DNA of 63,912 bases, filler included, from Octopus bimaculoides (GCF_001194135.2; 6 parts of 5 records of this genome joined end to end with filler, not necessarily neighbours in it); one strand, 5' to 3'. Positions 25,298-39,822 are shown, counted from the whole stretch's first letter. A program made the numbers and translations. Notes: generated by a model not told the origin, from the letters alone.

Positions 25298-27069
25298 TAT
25301 GTATATAATTGAAAATTTTCAAGTAGGCATTACGATTATTTTCTTACTTCATTTTTCTGTACATATAATTACTGCAATTGTTTGCAGTTCAACGTTTAAT
25401 ATATATTTCTTCATGTGCTCAAGTATCAAAGATGCTCATTAATACAAATACTTCAAGTTGGCCAGTGTATGAATTCCATTTCTACTTCATGATAAATTGG
25501 CATAGAAACTCCATGCAAACATAAGATATTTTGAAATACCCCAAAAGTCAAATCTCACTGAATACTGTAACACAATTAAGCATATGTATACATATTGTAT
25601 ATTATAATGTTGTGTTGTTTTCTACATTTAAATATCTGCGTTTAATATATATTATTTTTTTTTCATTTCAAGAATTTCTCCTTGAATTTATTTCATAGAA
25701 TTACTGCAGTTATTTCCAATTTTATCAACGGATTTTCCAACAATTGCCTTTTATTTAGTTTTTAATCTAAGTTTCAGGCAAATGCATTTATATCATTATT
25801 GGTAGATTTACATTGTAAAGTTTTACAAAATAAAATAAAGAAAAAGATATTTGCTTCGAGAAAATTTCAAATCATATTTTAGCATGCCATGTTGAACTTA
25901 TAGCTAATGAGAGAATCTCTTCCAGGCTGGATCAACCGCTAGATATTGCAACTAAATTTCCTACAAATCACGTCTATCCTCTTATGCAAAAAGGACACTT
26001 TGAATAATATACTTCTAGGCATTCTGATAGAGAAGATATTCAGGGATAGTGAGCAATTGACAATAGTTCTAGTCAATTAGAGTCGTTTTGCATCAAAAGA
26101 TCAAAATCACGTGTTTAATGAAAATGCCTTAACCAACTGAGATCTGAAATTGAATGAATCCATGTATCACTCAATGTTTGACTGTGGTACCTATCCACAA
26201 ATTATGGAACATCAGTTAAGGTGCCTACTAATGTAAGAAAAAAGTAAGCACTTTCACTGACCTCGTAATTTATAATGGAAATGTAGAGAAATTTAAATAA
26301 TGCTAACTGAAGTAGGTAAAGAATCGGCTTCCCTAAAAATCGTATTTTTATATTTCTCTCAAAAATATCTCCATCAATCATTTCTTGTACAATTTATTCT
26401 TTGACCTTTTCTCAAGTGCGCATTTTTACTGAGCAAAGAAATACACGCAAACTTTCTACTTCTTCTGTTTAACACGTACTTTAAGTTCGCTACGCTTCTT
26501 CACAACATATTACCGTTTAAAAAAAACGTTGAAATTAAATTGTCGCTTGAGCATTGGGAAAGATTCTTTATATTATATAAATCCCTGCATTTTCTGAATT
26601 CGAATCTTATCGCCTTTTATTCTTTCCGATAAAATAAGATATCAGGCGAGTACTGGTAAGAATACAATTGATTATAGCTTTCTCACTCTAAATATGTGTG
26701 GACTTATAAATATGGTAGAATTCGATATCTTGATCATAACTTTAAGAAGCAACAGAGCATTGAAGGATTTCCCTTCCGCAATCGATGAAATAAGTATTCA
26801 AGTATTTGTCGATAAAATCAAATAATTCCTCCTTATTCACAAAAATGTGTAACCTAAGGAAGTTGTAATATAATTTTCAGTGCACTAAACATATGCATCA
26901 TGTGTAGGAAAATCTAATATTCTGTAGTAACTTGATTTTATTTCGTGATGCCGTTGATGTTATTCAGAGAATATTTGATAGTCATTGGTGTTACGTATAT
27001 TCTATACAAGTATGGATGTATTTAAATCGATGTCAGATAGAATCTTTAGAGATTTTTAGCTATTCTTAC

Positions 27070-27165
27070 CACAAAAGGAAAATCGCGAATGAAACGTCGG
27101 AAATCAGAAATTGTAAAATACAGAGATTCATTGCACTCCCTTTGATTCAAGAAATGAAAGGTCAA
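27070..27165 (-). CDS. Candidate internal exon, 96 nt, phase 0-0: LTFHFLNQRECNESLYFTISDFRRFIRDFPFV
   Basis: Acceptor gtagctttcAG, donor GTAAGA, open frame of exactly 32 codons, non-repetitive sequence. No homology recognised. Confidence 0.35.
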
Positions 27166-29319
27166 CTGAAAGCTACAATTCACTTTAGAAGTCCCTATCA
27201 TGAATAAAAGTGTAAGTAGTACAAGCTTACAAATCGCAAAAACATTTCCAACGATATAGCCTCAAAGTTTGGGAAGTTAGTAAGTCTACTTCTGTAGATT
27301 TCAGTGAAGATATGTGTAATATCCTGTAATATTGGGAAAAAGTAGAATTCATATCTTACAGATTGAAGTGCAACGACAAAAGTAAATAAAGATGAATATG
27401 CTGTATTAGATTTATGATTTTTCTTTATACACTCCTTTCATCTTATATTACTAAAGTGTATTTCCTGCTTTGATCTGAGTACTAATACCTGCACTAATCT
27501 CCAGTAAATATTTTAGTTAATTCTCTATTCTCCTGTAAATTATATTATATTGCTAAAAAAAAAGTACTTTCATTTGACCATATTACGATCAATATTAAAT
27601 AAAGTTGCTTCATGTCTTTGTTCATGTAAAGTGTTGCATTCATATTTAACACAGACATCACGAGGAAAACCTCAAACATGATAGAAAATGATAGCAGTTT
27701 GTAAATAAAATTTATTGAACTACCTTTAAACGATAGTGTATATTGTATCATTTAAGCCTGATTAAATAATAATTTTATTTATTACTGCAGACTATGGCAT
27801 CCAATTGTTAGACACATAATGAAAACTAGATGTCGCCTCATTAAATCTAAGGAACGTTATGATACATTAACTCAAGCGATAAGCTTTTTCTATCTAAATT
27901 TTGTAAATATAACTGTAATATGCTTAACGGTTTTCTATTCTATTGTCTTTTCACAATCATTACCCATCAACCAACACTATTGTGATGCCTGTAACTATCT
28001 GCGCAGGAAAATCATTTATAGATAGAAGTTGTATTGAAAGAGGTATTATTATAGGAATATCTTAATGATATTTTCTACAAATTTAATAAATACAATGCTG
28101 AATGTGTGTATCGGCAAACTTTTCTACTGTTAAGGAAAATATATCATAAATATTCTTCACGTAAAACATAAAACTTTAAAATTGCATTTAGAAAATGGAA
28201 TTTCGGTTTCTTTTCAGTCTCTTTATATGTCTCTCCCTTAATCTATCTAAATGTAATATGTAGGTATATGTATANNNNNNNNNNNNNNNNNNNNNNNNNN
28301 NNNNNNNNNNNNNNNNNNNNNNNNNNNNNNNNNNNNNNNNNNNNNNNNNNNNNNNNNNNNNNNNNNNNNNNNNNNNNNNNNNNNNNNNNNNNTATATATA
28401 TATATAGATGTGTGTATACGTATATGTGCATGTGTGCATGTGCGTGCGTATGTATGTGCATGTGCGTGTGCGCGTGTAAATTGAAGAAAATGGAAATTAC
28501 ATTGTCCAAATTTATTATGTATCATCATTCAGTTGAAATATTAAACTGAAATCAAATAAGGATAGATGATCGCATCATAATGCTGATAGCGTATATAAAT
28601 TTCCTAACGTTATTTGCATACATATGCAAGTGGTAATAACCTCTATGGTTTTGTTATTTATAAAATTGGCCGATTTTTTTAGTGATATTTTAGTGTTCTC
28701 TAGGTTGGATATATCACATGAAGTCCCCTAGGGACAAACAACGGGGATACGAAGCAAACTTTTTAGTCAGCATCAAACTAGTTTCATACTTGATTTATTT
28801 CTATATTTCACCAGTTTATTATTTCTAAAATGCTTTTTTTCATGCTCCAACTCCGTTCATTCTCCATCCTAGCTGCTATCACTCCTTTACAGTGACCAAT
28901 GAACATGTATCACTCCTCACACACACACACTCGCACAGAACTTCATTCTTGTCTCGTTTCTTTTTTTTGTTTTGTTTTTGCAAACAAAGTTTACGCAGAA
29001 AATGATTTTCACTGCCACACGTTAATATAATTCCAGCGAATCACAACAGATTAACTTATTTGATAGATGAATTCCATAGTGATTAACTTTAGCAGTTGAT
29101 ATGACCGTAGATTTCAATAATTCTTTCTGTTTAGTTGAAAAAGTAAAATGATTTTCTCTTGGACAAAGTGGCAACCTTGAAACATTATATTCCTCACCTT
29201 TCTGCATAAAATTTTATTCAAAACTCCTGTCATTATATCCAATCCACATTATGTTTTATTAAGATTTGCTGCACTGCCGATTTCTGAAGTTTTCGGTATT
29301 TATTCATACGCCTATTGCT

Positions 29320-29480
29320 TAGTCACTGAACGAAAAGTAGTGCCCTTAACTCTTCCTAAATTAGGCGTAGTCGAATAAGAAATTTTCACTGTTGATTTAT
29401 TAAATATGAGATGGTACTTGTGATGTAGTGCGAAATTTGATTCTAAATTCTTATGAAATAGTTTAGGCAAGAATTTAATT
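29320..29480 (-). mobile_element. Penelope-like element fragment (region between RT and GIY-YIG)
   Basis: NFALHHKYHLIFNKSTVKISYSTTPNL resembles the recurrent PLE motif FPxHHKYHKIFNRNTVKVSYSCMPN. Confidence 0.65.
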
Positions 29481-29670
29481 TGAATGGAGAAGGTAGAGGC
29501 GTACCTTATATATCTATCACTTATATATTTATCTTTCGTCTCAAGTCTGAATTTCTTGAGTATTTCTAAGTTCAAAATAGGAGCTTATCTCGTATACTTT
29601 CTTAAATATAACTACATGTATGTATATATGTCTGTATGTCTGTATGTATGTATGTACGTATGTATGTATG

Positions 29671-31170
29671 TCACTTCTATATTTTAATAATTATAAATTT
29701 TCCACTGAGGAGGAGGCCGGTTTCTAACAAAGATACAAGGTTCCGTTTTTGGGATGTAGTTAACAGACAAATTTACATTTGGAACTCGAGAAAACTCTTG
29801 CATATTTTTACTTTTCCACTCACAGATTGCACTTGTATTGTACGAATTAGCCGGTCAATTTCTCTTCTGAAAATCTCACTTTATCCGGATTCTCCTTTAA
29901 GCATTTGCTAACAAAACCTAGTGCTCCACTTTTATTGGTATGAATATCAATTCATAATCTGGATATGGAAGCTGGAGGGTTCGAAGCAGTTGTCCATAGA
30001 TACCCTCAGAGATTTTTATATCTGCAGGGCAGCTGACCTCTATGATGGTACATACCTTTGCTCCTCTGTCACAAAAAAATCAATATCCGGCCTGTTATGT
30101 TTACATTTGCTAGAAGTTTTGATGGGAATATTCCACCAGTATTCCTTGAGTTGGTGTTAATGAATGTATTCCATAACAGAGGGATTTTCTAAGTTTATTT
30201 CAGGACAGTCTTTTTTACGGATGACATTGTAAGTTGTTTTAGCAACAACATCGTGCCGCATAGGGAGGTAGTACTATGACGACATTTTAGGACAGCTGCT
30301 AATCACATGCGTGATTTTTTCCACAGAAACATGACATAGCCTACACATGCGGTTGCACCTTGGGTTTCACCAGATACATTGTGGTAATTTCATGTTCCTG
30401 GATTGCAAACGCACAGCCTTCAAAGTGTGCTGTGATGTAATGGTTTGGTGTCTAAGAGAGGCTGCGCTCTGTGTTCATTCTATTGTCTTCTTCAAGCTTC
30501 CGGGCAACATAATCATAGTCTTTTTCATTTTTTTTTTTTGTATGCTGAGTGCTTTCCCTCCAGGTCTTCTCTGAGGTAAGAGAGTCCAGCTGTTTGGGGG
30601 CTGTATAGATTATTAGGAAGAGAGTGCTTCTTGAGGAGCTCACTGCCAACTCGTACAATGTTGTTCACTTCCCTTTACAGCACTGCATTTATACATTTAT
30701 TTTTGTTGTTGTTTAGCTGGTGCTGCTTCAGTGATACCATACGGTATTCGAAGGCTGTCTGCACTGATCTCAGGCCACTACCACATTCATTTCTTCTGTC
30801 AACATCACTGTTTCTGTGGAAGTTCCCAGTTGTTGTCAGGATTTTGCGGGTTTTCATAACTATGGAGTGGATTTCCTCTACAGACCAATCAATTATTCCA
30901 AATATTGGGATCAGCACTGGTACTGCAAAAGCATTGGGGGATATTGCTTTGTTGTAAAAGGAGAGTTTTGACTGCCATATTTTCCTAAGTCTGGTGTAAT
31001 ATTCTCAGGTCAGTCAATCTTTATTCACAGTGCTTTCTTATGATACATTTTCATCTATGCCTAGGTACTTGTAACATTCTTTGTGTAGAATGGTATAGAT
31101 ACAGAGACCGTTGGTGCACAGGTTTGGGTTTGGGGACTGACTTTCCTCATTATATAACCAAATATTAACA
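29671..31170 (-). mobile_element. R4/Dong-like RLE non-LTR retrotransposon, 3' half, degraded
   Basis: FGIIDWSVEEIHSIVMKTRKILTTTGNFHRNSDVDR (thumb), THVISSCPKMSS*YYLPMRHDVVA (CCHC knuckle), KCKHNRPDI..EVSCPAD (RLE). Contains stops and frameshifts. Confidence 0.88.
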
Positions 31171-31552
31171 TTTATATTAAGCCAAATTCCATGCCTATAT
31201 CAGATGAAAATTTTGTTATTAATTCCAGTGTGCATGTATATATTTGCATGTATTATGTAATTGATTTCACTCTTGTGGGAATGGCGAAAGTATTTCACTT
31301 CCAGAAATTACTGTCCATTACGCTTGAATTAATGCTACATTTCATATCATTACTGATCAAAAACATAGCCTGCGTTCATTAAAATTTTAAACTGAATAAT
31401 GTTTTTCTCATTTAATTAAGGAGCTGAGAAAAATGTGTGCAGAGCTCTCACATTGCAGGTAATGAGTATAATACACAGTTGTGTTTTAATAAATTGGTTC
31501 GAATTTACATACATAGATATAGCAATCATTCTTTTTATTTCTATCTCCCTCT

Positions 31553-31607
<55 letters not shown>

Positions 31608-31734
31608 AATCACGTTGGTAAAGTAAATTTTAGAGGTAATACTTGATAATTGCAAGCACCTGTATATGCCAGATAGTGGCCGAGGTGAAACAATAAATTA
31701 AAAACGTAAAATTAAAACAGAACACAAAGGATTC

Positions 31735-31835
31735 CGCGGTACACGTGTTTCAAGATTTATATACAAACAGCCCTTGCATCATTATATGGGTGTATAATTG
31801 ATAGACAGGATGGCATAAAGCTATCTTCAGCCGCA
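31735..31835 (-). ncRNA. Minimal type-I hammerhead ribozyme with intact core (Penelope type)
   Basis: Minus strand reads UGCGG-CUGAAGA-uagcuuuaug...uauaaaucuu-GAA-ACACGUGU-A-CCGCG. Stem I has 5 bp, stem III is the palindrome ACACGUGU, cleavage triplet GUA. Confidence 0.85.
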
Positions 31836-32677
31836 CATATATTCTTTCCCAAGCATTATATCACAAAGAAGAAGTCACCAATAAAAAAGCAAAAGAGAGA
31901 GAAACATGAGAGAGAAAAAGGGGGAGTCCACTTGGTATTATCCATTGTAAAATCCATTGTAATTTACATTGTAATAAGTTTATCCTTTAAGTTGATACAT
32001 TTACATAAAAGTTCATCGGTATTCCGAAATCTGTCCATATTGTGCTACAATTCAAGGTAGAGTGAATGATAAATAAATATAACTAGCTTATATGAGCTAG
32101 AAGGAGAGGGTCCAAAAAAGAAAAAAGTTGGAGGTTAAAACAATAAAATACGAAGAAAACAATATAAAATACACAAATATTAATACAAAAATAATAGAAG
32201 TCAAATTGGGGGGGGGGGGGTAATATTTAAAAAAGTAAGAAAAATCCGGATAGTAAAGTAAGATGCATATAAAAGGTTTAGAAGGGTTGGAGAAAGGTGG
32301 TAAATAGAAAAATAAAATAAATAAAATGAAATAACAGAAATTAAAGAGAAGGGGGATGGTGTCTCGGCCAAGACTAGTGGGGGGGTCATAAATAATGTCA
32401 GGCTATAGTAAACTTGAAATATGATATCCTTGTGGTGAGTGGTCAGTGTAGCCAAAGTACATCACTATAACTTAAGTATACGAACTTATCTATTATATTG
32501 GTACATACACTTATCTAGAGGATAAAAAGATGATGGAAGTGGTAAATGGTAATTAGAACATATAAAATCTAAACAATGAATAATTAGAAAATGTAAAAAA
32601 TGTCAGAAAAAATATAGAAAATATAAAAGGGAAAACTAGGGTTGGAAGTTAAAAATTCAAAATATAGAGTATTACTA

Positions 32678-33715
32678 GGAAAACGGTAAAGTGGCTGCAT
32701 GATTTTCTGGAGAGCAGGAGTCAGACATTTGTAGCCAATGGTGTTCACTCTGAAGAGACACCAATTCTCGTAGGAGTCCTAAAGAGAACTGCACTTGGGC
32801 CACTACTATTTGTGACGGCCCTCTCAGACATGCCCTCCGCGGTAGAGTCAGCAAATCTGACCAGTTATGCTGACGATACAAAAGCATCGCAGGCAGTTGG
32901 GAAACCCAGAGGGCATCATAAAACTGCAGAAAGACCTGAACGAAATTTACAAATGGGCTAACAAAAATATCATGCAGTTCAATGCTATGAAATTTCAGGC
33001 ATCCCACAATTGGTCCACCACTAGGCTAAAATCGGATTACACAGGACCAGAAGGTAATATGATCCCAGAGCCAGAGTCGGTGCGTGACCTGGGGGTTCAC
33101 ATGAGCAATGATGCAACATTCCATGTGCATATTACCAAGATGGCAACACTGTGCAGGCGAGTGGCTGGATAGACTCTGAGGACATTCAGAACCAGGAAAA
33201 GGAGGCCCTGCTACTCTTATGGAGGACTTTCGTTCTCAGCCGCTTGGACTACTGCTTCCAACTTCCCAACTTTGGTCCCCAGAGAGTGTGAAACAAACTG
33301 TAAATTCGAAGCAATCCAGCGCCAATACACAAAAAAAAATTGACTCGATGCAAAAGATGGGCTTTAGGGAGATGCTAAATGAACCGAGCCTCTATTCCTT
33401 GGAAAGAAGAAGAGGTGTGCGATGATATATATTTGGGAGATCTTGGAGGGTCTAGCTTCCCAATTTTGGAATTGACAACTATACCAATACTCGAATAAGG
33501 GCACAGTACTTCAATAATCTGGGTTTCAAGGGCCACAATTATTCAACATCCTGCCAGGCAACCTTAGAGATCTACGTGGTGGTGATGTGGAAGTTTTCAA
33601 GGAACGTCTGGACAGGTTTCTATCTGAGATACCAGATAAACCCACATCGCAGCAGGAGATACAAAGAAGAGCAGCTCCGTCCAACTCGCTACTTCACCAG
33701 AAACAATACCGAAAA
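32678..33715 (+). mobile_element. CR1/jockey-group LINE, RT and C-terminus, frameshifted
   Basis: KWLHDFLESRSQTFVANG...LGPLLFVTALSDMP...LTSYADDTK...LQKDLNEIYKWA, then GPQLFNILPGNLRDL...FKERLDRFLSEIPDKP. Confidence 0.9.
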
Positions 33716-34995
33716 CAACACCGAATAACTACAGGTTTTGCAGCAGCATGACCTCAGCCCTGATCTAAAACCAGTAAAAGATAAAAGATAAAAGAATATT
33801 ACATGAGAAGTCTTTGAATGAATTTTATCATAGGTTTTGTCTGGAGAATTAAGAGTAATATCGGGCTGAATAACAATTTGTTTAAATATCCGCCTAAATT
33901 CAATGGTGTTCCAGTACATCGATAAATAATATCAGCCAGTCTCAAAAATTAGCGAAAAATAACTATAGCAAGAACATCAACATCATAACAGTATTGGATA
34001 TGGTTATTGGTGTATCTTTCAATTGCACTGATATGCTAGATGCAGTTGGAAATATCCATTAGTATCAACAAGATAACGTACTACTTTAAAATGTCAATTA
34101 ATGATATTTTATTGTCTCTATGAAATATTATGACACATTAAAATTCATAATTTTTTTCATATTATAATTATAACAGTTTTTTAAAATAATTTCTGTTTCG
34201 ATCTTCTGCCGATTGCAATAGTTAAATATGGTAAATTATTTGCAATCATATTTTTGACGTAATTTGACAGACATCGAATTAAAAATTCTCATTTTCAAGC
34301 TGATTTTTAAATTTCCCAGGTTGTACAAAGTGTTTTATTTTATGTGTCACTAATTTTCGAAGCGTGTTTTTTTTAATTTTTATTTAACACGTTATCGTTT
34401 GCCTTAATTTAAGAAACTGTCTGGAGATTCGCAAAAGAATTTTTTGAAAATTAGGTCATTAAGTTGTGTAACTGAATTTTCCGCATATACCTCTGATAAG
34501 AAAAGTTCAGTCAATTGGCTATTTTATTTAACTTGACATTAATTTAAGCAAGTATTTTTATGTTCTTATATAATATTAATTCAGCTAAGAATAATGCGCA
34601 TCATCTTACAAACATATCTTCTCACTTCTTTTGCAAAGGATACCCACAAACAATTCTATCAATATAATTCAAAATTATACTTTCTTACTTTTACTGTATT
34701 CAAATGGTCAGAATTCAATTAAGAGCATTAAAAATATTATAGATGTAATAGAAATGTGAGATAATAATTGATTTAAAATGTTGAGAACATACTCTGGAAG
34801 CAATAACTAAAATACTTTAGAGTATATTTTGCATCAAAGTCAAGTAGTAAATTGCGAATATGTGTATATGTAAATATACATGTCAACGTTTATATCTATC
34901 TCTGAGATACTCTCCTTATGTATGTATATATGTATGTATGTATGTATGTATGTGTGTTTGTGCGTGTGTGCCTCTGTGCGCGCTCGTGTTTGTAT

Positions 34996-35063
<68 letters not shown>

Positions 35064-35279
35064 CAAAGAATATATATACATGTATACACACATATATGTA
35101 CATACTTACATCTACATGTGTATATACATGCATATCAGGGTACAGGACGTTAGAACAATAAACTACAGACAACGGAACGNNNNNNNNNNNNNNNNNNNNN
35201 NNNNNNNNNNNNNNNNNNNNNNNTTAATTAATTAANNNNNNNNNNNNNNNNNNNNNNNNNNNNNNNNNNNNNNNNNNNN

Positions 35280-35570
35280 TTTGGAGCTGTAGCACTGTCT
35301 GCCATTTGTTCATTGAGTGCTCTATGTATTTTATGATAATTGGTGCCACCTTGTTTATGGCTAGTGTTTCCAGAATCCACGTGTGGGGAACACTGTCGAA
35401 AGCCTTTTGGTAGTCCACCCAGGCCATACTGAGGCCTTTCTTCTTTCTGCGGCTGTCTTCAGTTATGGCTTTATTGATCAATAATTGATCTTTACAGCCG
35501 TATGAGCCCTTGCAGCATCCCTTCTGCTCTTCTGGAAACAGGTTGTTATTTTCCAGGTGTTTACTCACTC
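35280..35570 (-). mobile_element. R4/Dong-like RT domain fragment
   Basis: HLENNNLFPEEQKGCCKGSYGCKDQLLINKAI...LSMAWVDYQKAFDSVPHTWI. Confidence 0.9.
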
Positions 35571-35572
35571 TC

Positions 35573-35620
<48 letters not shown>
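35573..35620. repeat. (ATT)n microsatellite
   Basis: Direct reading. Confidence 0.95.
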
Positions 35621-35975
35621 CGGAAAGGTGGCAATCTGGTAGAGTTGTTCCAGTGCCGAACAAAATGCTTTGCTGCGCCACTGGGTTTTCGGGTTCGATA
35701 GAATAAGTGTCAGTCGAACACGGGGGTGGGGTGGGTGTCAATGCAATCAACTTACCCCTTGCTCTAAAATTGCTGGCCTTGGGCCAAACTTTGAACCTAT
35801 AATCATTATTTTTAGGAAGAATCGTTTGCACGCCGGAAAAAATGCTTCACAGCATTGAGTCAGTCTGGGTTCAAATTCCGCCGAGGTCGACTTTGCCAGT
35901 CATCCTTTCGGGGTTGATAAAATAAAGCACCTGTTGAACACTGGAGGTCGATGTAATCAATTAGTCCTCAATCCC
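35620..35975 (+). mobile_element. Two tandem SINE family B pieces
   Basis: aaaggtggcaatctggtagagttgtt... and gggttcaaattccgccgaggtcgactttgccagtcatcctttcgggg. Confidence 0.75.
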
Positions 35976-36096
35976 AATAGTTGAAAGAACTACTACTAGT
36001 ACTACTACTACAAATAAATGTGAGGAAACCTGTTGATTTGAACATTTTGACCTATTGATTATCATCTCAAGGAAACTGTGAGGTGTAAGGTTGAAA

Positions 36097-36143
<47 letters not shown>

Positions 36144-36175
36144 TCCATCTATCTATCTATCTATCTATCTATTCC

Positions 36176-36237
<62 letters not shown>

Positions 36238-36300
36238 GTCTTTATCTCTCTCTACATATTTAAATATACATACATGTGTGTAGTATGTATGTGTGTGTGC

Positions 36301-36351
<51 letters not shown>

Positions 36352-36365
36352 TGTGTGTGCGTGTT
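36097..36365. repeat. (CTAT)n followed by (TG)n microsatellites
   Basis: Direct reading. Confidence 0.95.
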
Positions 36366-37504
36366 TGCATACATATAATTGTGGTATCTCCCCGTCTTTG
36401 TTTCTTCGTTTTTATCATAAATGGATATTCGATATGATTCCAAATTCGACCATTTTAACGAATGCCATTACCACACTTCGAGGTTATTCTTATTGCTTTT
36501 TCTTCTTTAACTAATTTCCTTCCAAGACCATTTTTGCTACATATTTTTCCTTTAATGTAATTTTTATAAATAAGATTGGACCTGTTTGACTTGAACAGCT
36601 TGACTGCCCCGAAAACTGTAAAAATATAATAGGGAAACAGCGGGTCAGCTGTAGGTTGAAATCCAAATTAATAAATATATTCTACATATTTAAGGGTTTG
36701 TAAATAAATAGTTTCGTATCTTCACACACACACCTCACAGTTGATTGCAACTGTAATATAAATCAATCAATTAATCAATCAATCAATCAATTAATAAATT
36801 GGTCCATCAATCAATCAGTCAGTCAGTCAGTCAGTCACACTGTCTGTCTATTTGTCTGCTTGCCTCTCTCTATAAATATGCACATACATACATACATACA
36901 TACATACATGCGTACATACGAACGTACGTATGTATGCATTATGTATGTATGTATGTATGTATGTATGTATGTATGTATGTATGTATGTACGTAAGTATGT
37001 ATATGTATATATATGTATATATATGTGTATTTATGTATGTATATAGAAAGACAGGCAGTTATATGTATGTATGTGTGTGTATATGTGTGTATATGTGTGT
37101 ATATGTGTGTATGTGTGTGTGTATGCGCATGTGTGTGTGTGTGCATGTGTGTAATTCAATGATTGGTTGACGGAATATGAATCTGTGTGTTGTCTCCATC
37201 CATTATTTTAGATTTATTTCTTTGGCATTTTAAGACAATTTCTTTCAAATATTTTCTGCATTTGTTATGTGGGAGATGTTATTTACTGGCTCCAGGAAAT
37301 TTTCAATAATATTGGAGAGAGCGGTAGAAAAAAAGTGTGATATGTGAACCAAATGACATAAAGACTTCTCTTGTTAATTCTGGACATGTGCAAGTTCACA
37401 CCCTACAGAAAATATTTTTACATCTACACACGCTCTTCTTTCTTTGAAAACACCTTAATAAATAATATGACAAAGAAAGCACGTTTATTATCAGAGTCAT
37501 ATAC

Positions 37505-37614
37505 CGGAATATCGGGAATTTCTGCATAAAAGATGCTATCCTCATCAACCGTCAATGACTGGTCAGAATTGAACGATGTCCATTGGTCACCTCTATGAAT
37601 TATTTTCTTATAGA
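37505..37614 (-). CDS. Candidate exon, 110 nt, phase 1-0: YKKIIHRGDQWTSFNSDQSLTVDEDSIFYAEIPDIP
   Basis: Acceptor ctctccgtctgcaacAG, weak donor GTATAT, non-repetitive open frame. No firm homology. Confidence 0.22.
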
Positions 37615-37799
37615 CTGTTGCAGACGGAGAGCATTCGGATGTTTCGGAGGTTTTAGGATGTTACCCTATTTGATGAGAAAACGACCATGCGAAGCAAAAA
37701 CTATGAAAGCTATTGGTATAAAGGTCAGGTTATNNNNNNNNNNNNNNNGTAAATGTATGTGTGTTTACACATCTATCATTATGCTCTTTTTATTTACTT

Positions 37800-37823
37800 G
37801 CTTACTACTACTACCACCACCAT

Positions 37824-37865
<42 letters not shown>

Positions 37866-37893
37866 AACTACTACTACAACTACTACTACTACT
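37800..37893. repeat. (CTA)n microsatellite
   Basis: Direct reading. Confidence 0.95.
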
Positions 37894-38870
37894 AGAAATA
37901 ATTCTTTCTACTGTTAATGATGGCAGTTGCAGTAGCAGCAGTGGCAGTAGTAGGAGTAGTAGATTGAAATCTGCAACCTTGCATATGAAGTACATTCTCT
38001 TTCTCCTGTCAACTATTTTTTCTTTTCTTGTTTCCTTTCTTTGATAAAAGATATCACCCAAAATACCAGATNNNNNNNNNNNNNNNNNNNNNNNNNNNNN
38101 NNNNNNNNNNNNNNNNNNNNNNNNNNNNNNNNNNNNNNNNNNNNNNNNNNNNNNNNNNNNNNNNNNNNNNNNNNNNNNNNNNNNNNNNNNNNNNNNNNNN
38201 NNNNNNNNNNNNNNNNNNNNNNNNNNNNNNNNNNNNNNNNNNNNNNNNNNNNNNNNNNNNNNNNNNNNNNNNNNNNNNNNNNNNNNNNNNNNNNNNNNNN
38301 NNNNNNNNNNNNNNNNNNNNNNNNNNNNNNNNNNNNNNNNNNNNNNNNNNNNNNNNNNNNNNNNNNNNNNNNNNNNNNNNNNNNNNNNNNNNNNNNNNNN
38401 NNNNNNNNNNNNNNNNNNNNNNNNNNNNNNNNNNNNNNNNNNNNNNNNNNNNNNNNNNNNNNNNNNNNNNNNNNNNNNNNNNNNNNNNNNNNNNNNNNNN
38501 NNNNNNNNNNNNNNNNNNNNNNNNNNNNNNNNNNNNNNNNNNNNNNNNNNNNNNNNNNNNNNNNNNNNNNNNNNNNNNNNNNNNNNNNNNNNNNNNNNNN
38601 NNNNNNNNNNNNNNNNNNNNNNNNNNNNNNNNNNNNNNNNNNNNNNNNNNNNNNNNNNNNNNNNNNNNNNNNNNNNNNNNNNNNNNNNNNNNNNNNNNNN
38701 NNNNNNNNNNNNNNNNNNNNNNNNNNNNNNNNNNNNNNNNNNNNNNNNNNNNNNNNNNNNNATATATATATATATATATAAATGTATGTATGTATACATA
38801 CACACACACACATATATATATGTATATATATATGTATAATAAATGGATATATAATAAACGTATATATATC

Positions 38871-39148
38871 TTGTGAGTGGATTTAGTAGACGGAAGCTGA
38901 AAGAAGCCCGTCGTATATATACATATATATGTTTATGTTTGTGTATCCGTGTTTGTCCCCCAACATCGCTTGACAACGGATGCTGGTGTGTTCACGTCCC
39001 CGTAACTTAGCGGTTCGGCAAAAGAAACCGATAGAATAAGTACTAGGCTTACAAAGAATAACTCCTGGAATCGATTTGCTCGAACTAAAAGGTGGTGCTC
39101 CAGCATGGCCACAGTCAAATGACCGAAACATGTAAAAGAACAAAAGAA
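38871..39148 (+). mobile_element. SINE family A, 3' two-thirds
   Basis: cttgtgagtggatttagtagacggaagctgaaagaagcccgtcg...gtcaaatgaccgaaaca. Confidence 0.88.
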
Positions 39149-39770
39149 TAGAATACATATATTTGTTTATGGATATTCACGAATATACACACCCGCATAC
39201 GTATATATACTCGCGCATATACACAGGTCTGTGACGTGTTTCTGCAAAGTTTTTTGATCGTTCACCAAATTCCAAAATTCTTCTCATAAAAAGTGGATAC
39301 CAATGCTAAACAATAATAGAAGATACACGGTCACGGGAGCCACACAGGAATCTCAACAAACTACTTACCCACAATGCTACATCGTCATCCGAGTTTATGT
39401 GTTCTCTGACATTATATCACGCTTTATATATTAAATAAACGAAGTTATTGAATTCAAAAACCATGACAGTCAGTCGATGCTACATTATTAATCGTTTCAG
39501 CTCTCTTCTCCCCAAAGATCTTGTCTCTCTCTCTATTACACTTTTCATTTATTTATACCAAAGGCATCTTTCAACTAATTACTATAATATAATTATTATT
39601 ATTTGAGTAGAATTTTAATAATATCTCTATAATTAATTATATCAGTATGATAATCTATCTCCGTCTCTCTCATTATCTATTTATCGATCTGTCTACTTAT
39701 GTATGCATGTAAGTATGCATTTATAAATCTCTCTGTCTGTATATCTAACTACCCACCTACTTATCTATCA

Positions 39771-39822
<52 letters not shown>

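Noticed and set aside
37400-37560. QSLTVDE...VY...F as a piggyBac catalytic motif
   Set aside because: Only a few residues align, the KP/GIK motifs are absent, and there are no TIRs or TTAA.
870-37722. Plus-strand exon candidates (about 880, 2991, 4637, 15120, 26680, 27791, 28703, 37614)
   Set aside because: Short open frames after AG are expected by chance. They lack matching strong donors, a coherent chain or recognisable homology.
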